Source: Eledone cirrhosa
Lineage: Eukaryota
Length of the DNA: 64,000 bases
NCBI GenBank assembly: GCA_964016885.1
Contig: OZ024756.1
Location: 32,736,001 to 32,800,000, forward strand
Direction of reading: 5' to 3'
The translations under genes and the position numbers were made by a program. This document shows positions 1-12,990 of the stretch, in pieces. Position 1 is the stretch's first letter, and the number at the start of each line of letters is the position of its first letter. The notes below the pieces were generated by a model. It did no database searches. It was given only the letters and a program-made list of their open reading frames with translations, and was not told where the DNA came from.

Positions 1-86
1 AAGAAATGATTAGAAAGAGTTTAAAACCGTTAAAACAATTATATAAACATGTTTTAAAGGTTTTAAACTCTTTGTATTCATTTCTT
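1..86. repeat. Short imperfect fold-back next to a (TA)n tract
   Basis: 1-37 aagaaatgattagaaagagtttaaaaccgttaaaaca is the reverse complement of 50-86 with 3 mismatches. It may extend past the window edge. Confidence 0.8.
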
Positions 87-87
87 T

Positions 88-118
<31 letters not shown>

Positions 119-122
119 ATAT

Positions 123-219
<97 letters not shown>

Positions 220-250
220 ATATATAATATATATATATATATATAAAATA

Positions 251-282
<32 letters not shown>

Positions 283-334
283 AATATATATATATATAAA
301 ATAATATATAATATATATATATATATATAATATA

Positions 335-997
335 TTTGTTTAGCAATATTCTTTATCTGAAAACGTGTGTTGAAACCCATATTGTTATACTTTAGGAGGG
401 TCATGTTGCCAATAAGAAACACACGCACCAGATGCTTTCACTTCAATGTATTATAATAAACTTATAATTTCTAATAAATTTATAAATCTATAAAAGACGC
501 AATGTTTAGACAAATCACAGAGGCAATAAACATAAAAGAATTACAACCAAAATTAAATAGAAAACATGAGTGGAACAGCAACATCACAACTTACAATTAA
601 GAACAAAATGAAAACACACACGCGCATAGAACAACCAACCAACCTGTAACATGTAAATAAACAAATAAATGAACGAATATAAACACACACAGACACCCGG
701 ATGTGGCGCATGCGCAGACTGAGCACACAACACACACACTGAAACAAGATGGCGTAGGACAGAACAAAGGAGAGGCACAAAAACAAAGAAAAGAATCCCC
801 AGTCACTGAAGAGGTCACAGAATGTGTGACAAAAGAACTTTCACAATATATAAACAACCATCTGGTTGTGGAACCAACCAACGAACCGGAAATTTATAAA
901 TTCCTAAATTTATAAATTTATTATAATAAATTGATGTGAAAGCAACTGGTGCGTGTGTTTCTTATTGGCAACATGACCCTCCCAAAGTATAACAATA
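335..997. mobile_element. TA-inserted fold-back element, family A (Penelope-like derivative)
   Basis: About 380-490 is inverted against about 890-997, with (TA)n on both sides. Degenerate hammerhead at 801-845 (CTGAAGA-GGTCACA..TGTGAC-AAAA). Homologous to 1931-2180 and 7864-8202. Confidence 0.75.
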
Positions 998-1043
998 TAT
1001 AATATATTAAATAATATATAATATATATACATATATATAAAAC

Positions 1044-1103
<60 letters not shown>

Positions 1104-1138
1104 CATATATATATATATAATATAATATATATATATAC

Positions 1139-1171
<33 letters not shown>

Positions 1172-1190
1172 AAATAATATATATATATAA

Positions 1191-1276
<86 letters not shown>

Positions 1277-1424
1277 ATATATATATATATATATATATAT
1301 GAAATAATATATAATATATATATATATAATATTATATATTATATTATATATTATATTATATATTATATTATATATTATATTATATATTATATTATATATT
1401 ATATTATATATTATATTATATATA

Positions 1425-1535
1425 TCCCGCCAAGGTTAACTTTGCCTTTCATCCTTACGGGTTCGATAAAATAAAGTACCAGTAAATTACTGGATAATTG
1501 CTGGCCTTGTGCCAAGAGTAGAAACAATTATATAT
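1425..1535 (+). mobile_element. SINE family 1, 3' part
   Basis: tcccgccaaggttaactttgcctttcatccttacgggttcgataaaataaagtaccagt...gccttgtgccaagagtagaaacaatta matches the other family 1 copies. Confidence 0.85.
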
Positions 1536-1676
1536 AATATATAATTATTTTATATATGTATACATATTTATATATATATTATAAATATGTATATATTATG
1601 TATTATATTATATATATATATATAATATAATATATAATTGTTTCTACTTATGGCACAAGGCCAGCAATTGGCAAAA

Positions 1677-1730
<54 letters not shown>

Positions 1731-1734
<4 letters not shown>

Positions 1735-1870
1735 GTTATTCTGGGTTGAATCGGAGGTAACCACAGTAAGTAAGGTACTCAATACATTGCAGTGTATAAC
1801 AGTTTTAATATATATGAGATTCTACAGGACTAGAACTGTTTCATTCTTTAGAATCTGTAGAATCTCATCT
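1731..1870 (-). mobile_element. TA-inserted element, family C, with short terminal fold-back
   Basis: Homologous to 6690-6820, 20543-20726 and 42689-42862. Hairpin atgagattctacag...ctgtagaatctcat. Confidence 0.75.
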
Positions 1871-1884
1871 ATATATATATATAT

Positions 1885-1930
<46 letters not shown>

Positions 1931-1935
<5 letters not shown>

Positions 1936-2180
1936 CATACTTTGGGAGGGTCATGTTGCCAATAAGAAACACACGCACCAGTTGCTTTCACTTCAATTTA
2001 ATTTATTATATATTTATAAATTTCTGGTTGGTTGGTTGGTTCCACAACCAGATAGTTGTTTATATATATATATAGTCATAGTTCTTTCGTCACACACTCT
2101 GTGACCTCTTCAGTGACTGGGGATTTCTTTCTTCGTTTCTGTGCCTTTCCTTTCTTCTATCTATCTATCCTACGCCATTT
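1931..2180 (-). mobile_element. Family A element, single arm
   Basis: Reverse-complement match to about 750-997, starting at a (TA)n tract. Confidence 0.75.
2074..2118 (-). ncRNA. Minimal type I hammerhead ribozyme motif (family A)
   Basis: Minus strand: AGTCA-CTGAAGA-G-GTCACA gagtg TGTGAC-GAAA-GAAC-TA-TGACT. Stem I AGTCA/TGACT, 6-bp stem II, predicted cleavage after CUA. Confidence 0.7.
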
Positions 2181-2459
2181 TCTACCATTGCCTACAACAA
2201 ATTCAGAAACGAAATATATATATATATATATATATACATTGTTGCAGAGGAATTCATAAAAACTATATGTGTCCTACAGATTTGTTAGATCATCGCTTCT
2301 GTTTTTCTTTGTTGTTGTTGATGTTAATCTTCTGTTTTTTTTTTCCCTCTTCTAAAAAGATGCGAACAGGGTTGAGCTCCGCAAGGTTTATAATGCCTAA
2401 GATATCCTGCAACTAATTGTGCGGCAAATATGCATGAAGCGTGAGCTCTATATAAAAAG

Positions 2460-2818
2460 AACTTATTTAAGTAGAATAACCCTTTTCTGAATATGATGAT
2501 GGGGAAAGCATTCCAATTAACCAAATCTACCCTCACAATTACAAGATAAACTCCCTTTAAAATGTTTTCGATCAAGGAAACGGTCTAGGGAGAAAACTGT
2601 TGTTTTATTTTTGGTTATGTTTAGTTAGTTGTACATATAACTTATTTAAGTAGAATAACCCTTTTCTGAATATGGTGATGGGGAAAGCATTCCAATTAAC
2701 CAAATCTACCCTCACAATTACAAGATAAACTCCCTTTAAAATGTTTCGGTCAAGGAAACGGGCTAGGGAGAAAACTGTTGTTTTATTTTTGGTTATGTTT
2801 AGTTAGTTGTACATATAT
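2460..2818. repeat. Direct tandem duplication, 2 x about 179 bp
   Basis: aacttatttaagtagaataaccc...gttagttgtacatata at 2460-2638 and 2639-2818 with few differences. Confidence 0.95.
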
Positions 2819-3579
2819 GTATTCTCTGTCTGTTAGACAATTAAAAACATTGCCTACAGCAAATTTGATGTTATTGTTTCAATCTGTAATGTTGAAGGTT
2901 AGCTGGCGTATGATGTAAGCCATGTTAAATATGACGTATGCTTCCAGGAGAAAAGGAGAAATGGAAAAAATATATACGCATACACGCATATACGAACACG
3001 CCAGCACGCACTTATACGCATGCATATACACATACGCACACACGCCCACAAGACCGATGTTTTGCTGTCAGTTCTTGTTATCCAAGATTGATGTGATTGG
3101 TTGAACCAAACAGGTTAGAAATATCCTGAAGTTCAAGGGCTGAATATAAAAATAGGGGAGAGAGGGTGAGGTAAGAGGATAAATGATAGAAGGAGACAAT
3201 AATTGAAGGAGAATTTGAGCAAATGGAAGAAAGTGAGAGGAAAGATATGATAAAGTGAAACAGTGTAAGAGTGGATAAGGGAGAGAGATGATAGAGCCTG
3301 AGAGGGAGAAAGATAGAGATACAAAGGGGGGAAGGATAAACTAAGGGAGAGAGTTAGTGTGAAAAAGAGAATGACGTGTAGAAGTGAGTTAGTGAGAGAT
3401 TACCCACGAGAGCGAGTGATTGAAAGAAAGGGAAAGTGTGTGTGAGATAGAATTTCTCTTGGAATGAGACGAAGTTGGGGTTGGGGGAGGAAAGGGGCGA
3501 TAAATCGATACATGTCAAGAATGTTGAAAGGCGGGAAATTTTGTCAGGTCATTGGTTTATCAACATTGCATTGGCACTT

Positions 3580-4125
3580 GTGATGTTGATGGTGATGATG
3601 TTGATTATGATGATGATGATGACTGTGATGTTTATGAGGACTATAATGATGATGATGATTATGATGTTTATAAATATGGTCATGATGATCATAGTGATAA
3701 GGATGATGACGTTGATGATGACGGTGGTTGAATATGATGGTTAGGATGATGGTTATAATGATTATTGTGATGATGATAATCCTGATGATGACGACGACGA
3801 TGATAATGACTATGGTTATTCGTTTATGATGATGATGACTGTGACATTTATAAAGATGGTCATGATGATCATAGTGATAACGATTATGACTATGATGATG
3901 ACGGTGATTGAATATGATGGTTGTGATGATGGTTATAATGATTATGGTTGTGTTGATGATGATAATGATGATGATAATGACTATGGTTATTTATGATGAT
4001 TATGATATTGATTATGATGTTTAAAGTGAGAATACTGCTGAAGGTGTTAATATTGCTGTTGTTGATGATTAAGATGATATTATGATGTATAGAATGGCTT
4101 TGCAGATGAAGATAATTGCTGCTAA
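3580..4125. repeat. Degenerate (GAT)n tract with internal duplication
   Basis: GAT-rich; atggtcatgatgatcatagtgataa...acggtg.ttgaatatgatggtt occurs twice. Confidence 0.9.
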
Positions 4126-4194
4126 GATTTATGATAATGGCATATGGGTGTTGCTTTTAAAAGGCTCCAAACAAAACGTGTTATTAACATCTTA

Positions 4195-4695
4195 GTGAGG
4201 TGTTTGAAAAGTCAGAAGGAACGAAACAAAACACATACGCACATTTCTTCTTCTTCTTCTTCTTCTTCTTCTTCTTCTTCTTCTTCTTCTTCTTCTTCTT
4301 CTTCTTCTTCTTCTTCTTCTTCTTCGCCCACTTATTCCTGAGCGGGTCGTGGTGACAGAGTCCTGAAACAATCCTTCCTCCGACTCCTGTCAGAAGCAAC
4401 CATCTCCATCTGATCTAGCTGGTTCTCCAAGTGAAGTGTTTGAAAGGTCCACAGGAACAAAACAAAACACATAACCTGATTTCTTCTTCTTCTTCTTCTT
4501 CTTCTTCTTCTTCTTCTTCTTCTTCTTCTTCTTCTTCTTCTTCTTCTTCTTCTTCTTCTTCTTCTTCTTCTTCTTCTTCTTCTTCTTCTTCTTCTTCTTC
4601 TTCTTCTTCTTCTTCTTCTTCTTCTTCTTCGTCGCCGCCGCCCACTAATTCCTGAGAGGGTCTTTTGTGACAGTTCTCAAACACTCCTTCCTTAA
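4195..4695. repeat. Two diverged tandem units, each containing (TTC)n
   Basis: gtgtttgaaa.gtc..aggaac.aaacaaaacacata-(TTC)n-cgcccact.attcctgag.gggtc..gtgacag..aaaca.tccttcct occurs twice. Confidence 0.85.
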
Positions 4696-4699
4696 CTGA

Positions 4700-4840
4700 T
4701 GTTTTATTTCATCGACCCCATAAGAATGATAGGCATATTCCACCTCGTCGGGATTTGAAGAGAGGATGTGACAGGGTGAGAGCCCTGGTTTTATTTCGCA
4801 AAGTATTTTTTCCAGATTCTTTACCGATTCTACCAATCGA
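4700..4840 (-). mobile_element. SINE family 1, diverged
   Basis: atcgaccccataagaatgataggca...acctcgtcgggatttgaa...taccgattctaccaa. Confidence 0.7.
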
Positions 4841-5386
4841 CTGCTCTTAAAGAAAACAAAGTTATTAGCTCGTCAAATAACATTAAACGTGGACTATATC
4901 TACTGGAAACATTTAGAAGTATATTGATTTCCAATACAGTCATAAGGTTGCTAATTTTGCATACGGTGGGAGTGGAAGTAAAGGCAAGCATCGATAGATT
5001 GGGCCCTCAACTAATTAGCTGGCAATTATCTTGTTGACACAAGAGTGATGAAAGACAGACAGATATCATCAGGAATTAAACTCAGATCGTCAAGATACGT
5101 AGACGAAAACGACAAATTATTTTGTAGAAATCTACCATCAACAATTTATTATATATATTGATAATATATATTTATCAGATAAGTATCGCTATGGCAATAA
5201 ATCACACGAAATGTATCGTATACCTAGCTATGTTATATGGTAAGTTATATATGTCTCTTATGATCTTATATTAACTCGACTCGATATACATCTAATTATA
5301 CGTATATAGGAAAAGAAATATATAAAAAAAAAACAATAATGAAATAGATGGTTATATGGTTGCATCTAATAAGTAAAATCGTTTCA

Positions 5387-5427
<41 letters not shown>

Positions 5428-5449
5428 TGTGTGTGTGTGTATGTGTGTG

Positions 5450-5512
<63 letters not shown>

Positions 5513-5638
5513 TTTACGTGTGTATATATTTTTTGTGTGTGTGTGTGTGTATTCTATGTATATATATATTTTTAATATTTTTGTATGTATATATTTTATA
5601 TATATATATGTATGTTCTGTGTATATATATATATATTT

Positions 5639-5728
<90 letters not shown>

Positions 5729-5900
5729 CTTGTGCGTACATGCATGCATGCATATATATATATACACACCTGTATGGATTTGTGTGTGTAGATGTGTGAG
5801 TGTTTGAGGGGGTAGGTGTGAGTGTATCTACAAGTGAACCAGCATAAACCTTTTATTTTTACATTTTCTAAACTATCTAAGTATTAGACTCGAACCATTA

Positions 5901-6080
5901 TGGCAGTATTGGTAGAGGGTCGGAGACCATGCTTTGTAGCACAGAGTTACCTCCCTTTATGATCTGAGTTCAAATCCCGCCGAGGTTAACTTTACCTTTC
6001 ATCCTTACGGGGTCGATAAAATAAAGTACCAGTAATGCACTGGTGAATTTATGGCCTTGTGCCAAAAATAGAAACAATTA
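5901..6080 (+). mobile_element. SINE family 1, near full length (tRNA-like head, Nin/Deu-like centre)
   Basis: A-box-like TGGCAGTATTGG, B-box GAGTTCAAATCC, centre cctttcatccttacggggtcgataaaataaagtacca, tail gccttgtgccaaaaatagaaacaatta. Confidence 0.9.
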
Positions 6081-6249
6081 TATTAAGTATTACCACCCCA
6101 CTTTCTGTATGTGTGGATGTGTGTGTGTGTGTGTGGAGATGTGTGTGAGTGTAGTGCAAGCCAACCTTCATAAGCCTTTTTATTTGTAAACTTTCTACTC
6201 CAACCATAATTTTCAGTAGCACCACTCTACATAAATTCCTTAATTTAAG

Positions 6250-6648
6250 ATTGACCTGTAGTATCTATTTCATACTATTAATCTTACTTGAAAATATATC
6301 TGACCAAGAATGCCTTTTGTGAAAATCAGTCATGTGGAACTGTTGTCATCTTGCCTGACGGTTTGAACCTTACAGAACCACCTGCCTCTTTGAGGTCAAA
6401 TACCAACCTACTACCATCTACAAACTGACCAATGAGAATCAAGACTATTCCTGCTGACAACATCAAAATATTCCTAACAAGATCATATGTCCCAAGGATC
6501 TGATACCATCAATACTATACACACAGAGCTGGTATATCTAAGAACTGACTAACTGCCTGATGAGGTCATAGCCATTCAATGGCTAACATCGAAATATATA
6601 TAGCAGTAAATAAAGGATTATGAGTTCATGCAATTGACTTATGTTTCG

Positions 6649-6652
<4 letters not shown>
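6250..6652 (+). mobile_element. 3' end of a decayed Penelope-like element (family H)
   Basis: Frameshifted translation ILLENISDQECLL*KS (6281-6328) then VILPDGLNLTE (PDGLN at 6354-6368) resembles the PLE GIY-YIG C-terminus. Followed by a hammerhead and (TA)n; 6485-6652 recurs at 58411-58575. Confidence 0.6.
6552..6607 (+). ncRNA. Minimal type I hammerhead ribozyme motif (family H)
   Basis: ACTGC-CTGATGA-GGTcaTAGCCATTcAATGGCTAacATC-GAAA-TATATA-TA-GCAGT. Complete core, stem I ACTGC/GCAGT, palindromic stem III. Confidence 0.85.
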
Positions 6653-6689
<37 letters not shown>

Positions 6690-6693
<4 letters not shown>

Positions 6694-6820
6694 GTTATTC
6701 CGGGTTGAATCGGAGGTAACCACAGTAAGTAAGGTACTCAATACATAGCAGAGTATAATAGTTTTAATATAGAAGAGATTCTACAGGGCTAGAACTGTTT
6801 CATTCATTAGAAATCATCAG
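6690..6820 (-). mobile_element. Family C element ending exactly at the hammerhead core
   Basis: Minus strand reads (TA)n-CTGATGA-tttctaatgaat-GAAAC-agttctagccctgtag...; TA on both sides. Confidence 0.8.
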
Positions 6821-7047
6821 ATATATATATATCGCGAGAGAGAGGTAGAGGGTGATTTATTTGAAAGCAAACTGATTTCTTCGAAACGTAATAGCACAAA
6901 ATATAGTCTTTAACTTGAAACCATACTTCGCCAAACCCGCTGACCACATTTCTGAATACACTATCGTGGAGAAACGGTGGGGTACACTCTCACACTATCT
7001 CACACACACATACTATCTCACACACATATATACACACATATATGTAT

Positions 7048-7098
<51 letters not shown>

Positions 7099-7102
<4 letters not shown>

Positions 7103-7525
7103 TAAACGGAATAGAAAATGCTGACAAATTGTTCACAGTTGAAAAATGGTTTAATTAGGAATAAAAGAGTATTAGTGATTGTATGGGTTAGTATTCAGTT
7201 GTGGTTTTAAGTTTCTAAGTTTTTACCGGTTGCGCATTTCTAAATGCTTTTCAAAAATAATTTTGAGATAGAGTGTCCGTGCTGTTTGCTCAGATCAGAT
7301 CAAACAGCACGGACACTCTATCTCAAAATTATTTTTGAAAAGCATTTAGAAATGCGCAACCGGTAAAAACTTAAAAACTTAAAACCACAACTGAATACTA
7401 ACCCATACAAACACTAATACTCTTTTATTCCTAATTAAACCATTTTTCAACTGTGAACAATTTGTCAGCATTTTCTATTCCGTTTACCAATATATAATAA
7501 CTTGTGTGTTACACCTCTATTCTTT

Positions 7526-7530
<5 letters not shown>
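7099..7530. mobile_element. Near-perfect fold-back (190-bp arms) plus about 35-nt tail, family D
   Basis: 7099-7288 is the reverse complement of 7301-7490, with a 12-nt spacer. The right arm continues to 7530. Both arms hold TTGAAAA-GCATTTagAAATGC-GCAA-CCGG-TA. Confidence 0.9.
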
Positions 7531-7853
<323 letters not shown>

Positions 7854-7863
7854 ATATATATAT

Positions 7864-8201
7864 ATTGTTATATTTGCAAGGAACAAGCTGCCAATGAAAA
7901 CACACGAAACTGTTGGTTTTCTCTTCAATTTATAATACATTTCCGTTTGGTTGGTTCGATAACCGTGATGCTTGTTTATATATTGTGAAAGCTCTTTCGT
8001 CACACTTTGTGTGACCTTCTCAATGACAGGGGTTTTGTATCTCTCGTTTGTTCCGTTCTACATCGTCTTGTTTTTGTGTGTTGGGGAAACTAACAGGTGC
8101 GTGTGTCTTTATTGACAGCTTGGCCCTCCCAAAGTATAACAATATCTGTTTCAACACGCGTTTTCAGATACGAAATCTGGCAAAACAAAATCAAAATCGA
8201 A

Positions 8202-8202
<1 letters not shown>
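7864..8202. mobile_element. Family A fold-back, diverged
   Basis: Long arm 7864-8075 on minus (stem GTCACAC..GTGTGAC-GAAA). Short inverted arm about 8085-8202 carries the extra tail tttcaacacgcgttttcagata. Confidence 0.75.
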
Positions 8203-8296
<94 letters not shown>

Positions 8297-9005
8297 TGTT
8301 TGTGAAGTAATCTGAGCTGCTCCGCCAATGCCAATGGGGAGGAAAATAAAAACAATGTCTACTGTTTGACAGACTCTTTCCCTTTTGACACGATTGCTGT
8401 TACAAAATCAGAAATATCGAATCCCACTTGTGGAAGAATCCTGATACAGCGACTGAAGCTATAACATTTCCTCGCCATCTTTTCCTGACATCAGATACAT
8501 CACTCTATCAAAATTGCAGACTTTCCCTAACTCCTTCGCCATTCCTAATTTTCAAATAATTTTCTTTTCCAATTTTAATATTTTCTCTCTATCCTTTTAC
8601 CTTGTTTATTATTAAATTTTATTTAAAGTGAGAAAACACTACAGTCATCAAAGATATATTTATTTATTTATATATATTTCAAATTAGATTCTTTGATTTT
8701 CTTGAAACATTTTAAACAATATTCAAATCAGTCTGTTATATCAGACAAAAATATCGATGACTTTGGCATAGTCACTTTTCAATAAAAAACACACAAATAT
8801 ACACATATACATAGGAAAGGGTACTGTATATTGATTACCAAAAAAGTCATTTGCATGGTTTGACGAGAAAATGGACGTTATTCTTGTTTACCGAGTTTCC
8901 AGTGTTTTGATAAGGATTCAAGCTCCCTTGAACGATAACAAAAAATTATTACAGACAACAACAACGCAACCAAGGTAAACATATGTATGTGTATGTATAT
9001 ATACG

Positions 9006-9086
<81 letters not shown>

Positions 9087-9785
9087 ATTTATAAGTATGT
9101 ATGTAAACTATAACAAGCAACAAAACAATGGAATAATATGTATATAAATTATATATACATATATAAATATGTACCTATATATGTATGTACCTCTATATAT
9201 ATATATGTGTGTAGATATTTATATATGTAGGTATTTATATATGTATGTTTATATATATGTGTGTATATTTGTAGGTAATTATGTATGTTTTGATATATGG
9301 GCATATATTTGTAGATATTTATGTATGTATGTTTTGATATATGTGTGTGTATATTTGTAGATATTTATGTACGTATGTTTTGATATGTGTGTATATTTGT
9401 AGCTATCTATGTATGTATGTTGTGATATATTTGTATATATTTGTAACTAATTATGTATGTTTTTATATATGAGTGTATATTTGTACGTATTTATATATGT
9501 ATGTAGTTATATATATATGTATATCTGTAGCTATTTAGGTATGTATGTTGTAATATATTATGTAATAGCTATTTATGGTTGTATGTTGTTTGTAGGTACA
9601 AAAAAAGTAAGATCGATGTATTTAGATGTTTATATTGAACCTACGTAATCTTTGACTATTGGCTAATGTTGTTATAGATTATTTCAGAGACAAAATATAT
9701 TTTGATGGTTTCTTGGTTATTCATAAATAGGTATAGGTGTATGCTTGATTATACATACGTGTGTAATTGTGTGTATATGTACATA

Positions 9786-9947
9786 TATAACTCATGCACA
9801 TTACACGCACACAAACACACACATATACGTGTAAATATATATGTTTGCATATAATGGTACATTTTATATATATATATATATATATGGACCATTATATACA
9901 AACATATATATTTACTCATATGTGTGTGTGTAATGTGCATGAGTTAT

Positions 9948-9948
<1 letters not shown>
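9786..9948. repeat. Imperfect palindrome centred on a (TA)n run
   Basis: tataactcatgcacattacac...gtaaatatatatgtttgcatataatgg versus ccattatatacaaacatatatatttac...gtgtaatgtgcatgagttata. Confidence 0.85.
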
Positions 9949-10005
<57 letters not shown>

Positions 10006-10039
10006 ATAACGAAACGACCGGAGCTCGGCCGTCAGAGTC

Positions 10040-10120
<81 letters not shown>

Positions 10121-10155
10121 AGACGACACCAGAAACACAAACTCTCCATCTCAAT

Positions 10156-10199
10156 TTTACTTTTGACAAGCATAAAAACTGTGAAACCGGTAAAGTAAA
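10156..10199 (+). ncRNA. Minimal hammerhead motif, U3-A8 variant (family D)
   Basis: TTTACTT-TTGACAA-GCA taaaaac TGT-GAAA-CCGG-TA-AAGTAAA. 7-bp stem I, palindromic ACCGGT stem III, GUA triplet. Confidence 0.75.
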
Positions 10200-11337
10200 T
10201 AGATAAAACATTTTAAGAGAGAGAGAGAGAAAGAGGGAACGTCTATCACTTTTTTTGATAAACTAAGTAGGATACTTGAATGAAGGGGTGTGGTTGATAT
10301 CATTCCTTGATCCGCTTATTGGGAGTAGCCTGTTTAAAGTCAACTCACTGAAACCTGTTTGAATCCACACGTTTATGAATATTTATTATTATTGCAGTGT
10401 TCACTGTACTGTGTGCATCGTATCAATCTATTTTAAAATCCAACCGTTTCTTATTGTCCTCACTGTCATACATTGGATTCCTTTATCAGAGAAACTGGCT
10501 ATATAACGTAACAATATAAGTATTGTGACATACATGAACGCAACATTAACAACAACACGGAATATCTTTCTGCTATTCTTAAGTTCTATACAGGATTTGA
10601 CAAGATGACAGCTAGCAAAATAAAAATCATGAAAGATACAAAGAAAATTGAGATTTACCATATTTGAGAACCCTTTCTTTTTGTAATCCTCATGTCACAC
10701 TTACTCTCGCATTCTCATACTAATGTACAGCTTGTGTGAACCGTATTTGCAACAGAACGAAGAAGAAAAACGACATTACTGACATTTCGAAAACGGCCAT
10801 CTTTAACAGAGAAGCCACGAATTCGATTAAAGGCAGCATATGTTTTAATACGTCTGATTCAGTTTCGTCACTAACGCCTGCAGTTGGCGCACACATGACT
10901 CATGCAGATACATTTATAATAGATAATTTTATAAAACAGAAATACATATATAAATACACACACACGCATATACATCCGCTAGTTCACACATATACGTATA
11001 TGAATATATAACATATAACCCTACCTTCATACATATATAGGGTTAGATACATAAATATAAATATATATTTATACGTGCTTGCACACACTGGCACACACGA
11101 GCACACACATATGCATGCATGTGTGTATGTATGTATATATATATATATATGGTATATATATATATATATAAATATATATGTATATATACAACAAATATAT
11201 ATGTAAATATACATGTATATACATATATATGTAAATATATATGTATATAGATATGTATATATACATGTATATAAATATATATGTATATATATATATGTAT
11301 ATATGTATATATATGTATATATATATGTATATATATG

Positions 11338-11383
<46 letters not shown>

Positions 11384-11760
11384 TGTATTTTGCATACACA
11401 CATACACACACACATATATATGTCTGTGTGTGTGTGTGCGTGCCTGTGTATGTATGTATGTATGCAATATACACGCACACACATGCCCGTAGTGGGGAAT
11501 CTCATACAGCCAATCTGACAATCAAGTAAGAAAAACACGTGCTATCATTGCATAAATACAAGCACGTACAACGGCATATATAGATATGTGAATTCATGCG
11601 CTGATATTACTGAATATATAGAGATCACATGTTTCAAACCAAAGTTGTTATATTATCTTAATATGAGATCAACTTGGATTCTGCGAAGAACCTGAATATA
11701 TCTCAAACATATACTTACATATATATATCAACAAATATACATATGTAATTACATGTATAT

Positions 11761-11792
<32 letters not shown>

Positions 11793-11794
<2 letters not shown>

Positions 11795-12283
11795 GGAAGT
11801 ACAGCAGAGTCGAAGCTCGAGTCGCAGCTAAACCAACGAATGCAATCACAGGTGCAGCCAAGCACTCGATAAGTTATAAAACCTTAGAGTAATAACATTC
11901 CGTTTAAAGGGCTTTGCAAATTGAAGATAGCGGCCGGTAATTCAGCCGCAGGGACCGTAGCAAAGAAACAACTGACTCACGAGAAATAATACATATATAT
12001 ATATATATATATATAACAAACCTGACCATCACTTCGATATTTTGAAATATGTCCGTTAGGTTTCTGTAAATCCGAAATCTACAAAATCCGCTTGCGGTGT
12101 ATGCAAGTTGTTGGTTTTGGAAGATCGAACAAAGGATTTACTTTCTCAACAGGCTTCCGTTCAGACGCCAGGCCGGTTGTGAGTAAGCACATGTTCTCCA
12201 AAGGGAGCTAACACCCGGTTTTTGGCGGTAAAATTCAAATTTTGAACAATGGAATAAGTTCCGTACACAAACTGAATTAAGCA

Positions 12284-12354
<71 letters not shown>

Positions 12355-12720
12355 GAATGGAAGTTTAGTAAAATCGAAGTTTCGGCTGTAGCCAAGCTAA
12401 CGAAATACAATCAGGAATTATGCAGCCTAGCACTGGCTGAGCTGTGCTCAGAGTAATAACATGCGTTAGATATCCGGACAAATTGAAAACTGTGTCAGAG
12501 AAGCCTAGCCACAACACCGAAGCAACGAAATAACTTTCAGGTTAAATAATAAACCTGGACCATCTCGGAGGCACAGCTCCATGTCTCCGATAGGTTTCTA
12601 TGAATACAAAATCAACAATCCTACTTGTTTTGGTGTTTGATAAACGAACTGAGGATCCATGTTATCAATATATTTTCGTTCTGCCCCTTGATCTGGTGTC
12701 AGATGAAGCAGTAGGCCATT
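11793..12720 (+). repeat. Two diverged tandem copies of an unknown ~400-bp element (possible decayed mariner N-terminus)
   Basis: Copies start atggaagt at 11793 and 12357 and share tcgaag, tgcagcc.agcact, agagtaataacat, caaattgaa, aaacctg.accatc and taggtttct. The mariner resemblance is weak. Confidence 0.55.
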
Positions 12721-12811
12721 GCTGCTAGCAGTGATCAATGCTTCAACAAATAGCTTATCGCCCTACCTGGCTGAATACAATAAATGTAATGTGAGTTTTT
12801 CGAATATTAAT

Positions 12812-12990
12812 AATTGTTTCTAGACCAGTAATTACCACAGTGAATTACTTCTACTTTATTTTATCGACCCCGTAAGGATGAGAGGTATAGTTAACCTCGA
12901 CATGATTTGAACTCTGAACGTAAAGGGCCATAACTCTATGCTGCACATCATGGTGTCTGACGCTCTACCGATATTGCCAATCCACCGCCC
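12812..12990 (-). mobile_element. SINE family 1
   Basis: tttattttatcgaccccgtaaggatga...gatttgaactc...ctctaccgatattgccaa. Confidence 0.9.

Noticed and set aside
5901-5980. tRNA genes at A-box/B-box matches
   Set aside because: No cloverleaf is visible; the matches continue into the SINE body.
7099-7530. Fold-backs as MITEs or miRNA precursors
   Set aside because: Arms are unequal, endpoints and spacers vary between copies, and ribozyme polarity is consistent. Classical TIR elements have fixed symmetric ends.
8330-8560. Possible coding exon in a moderately GC-rich patch
   Set aside because: Only short open frames in those checked, and no recognisable motif.
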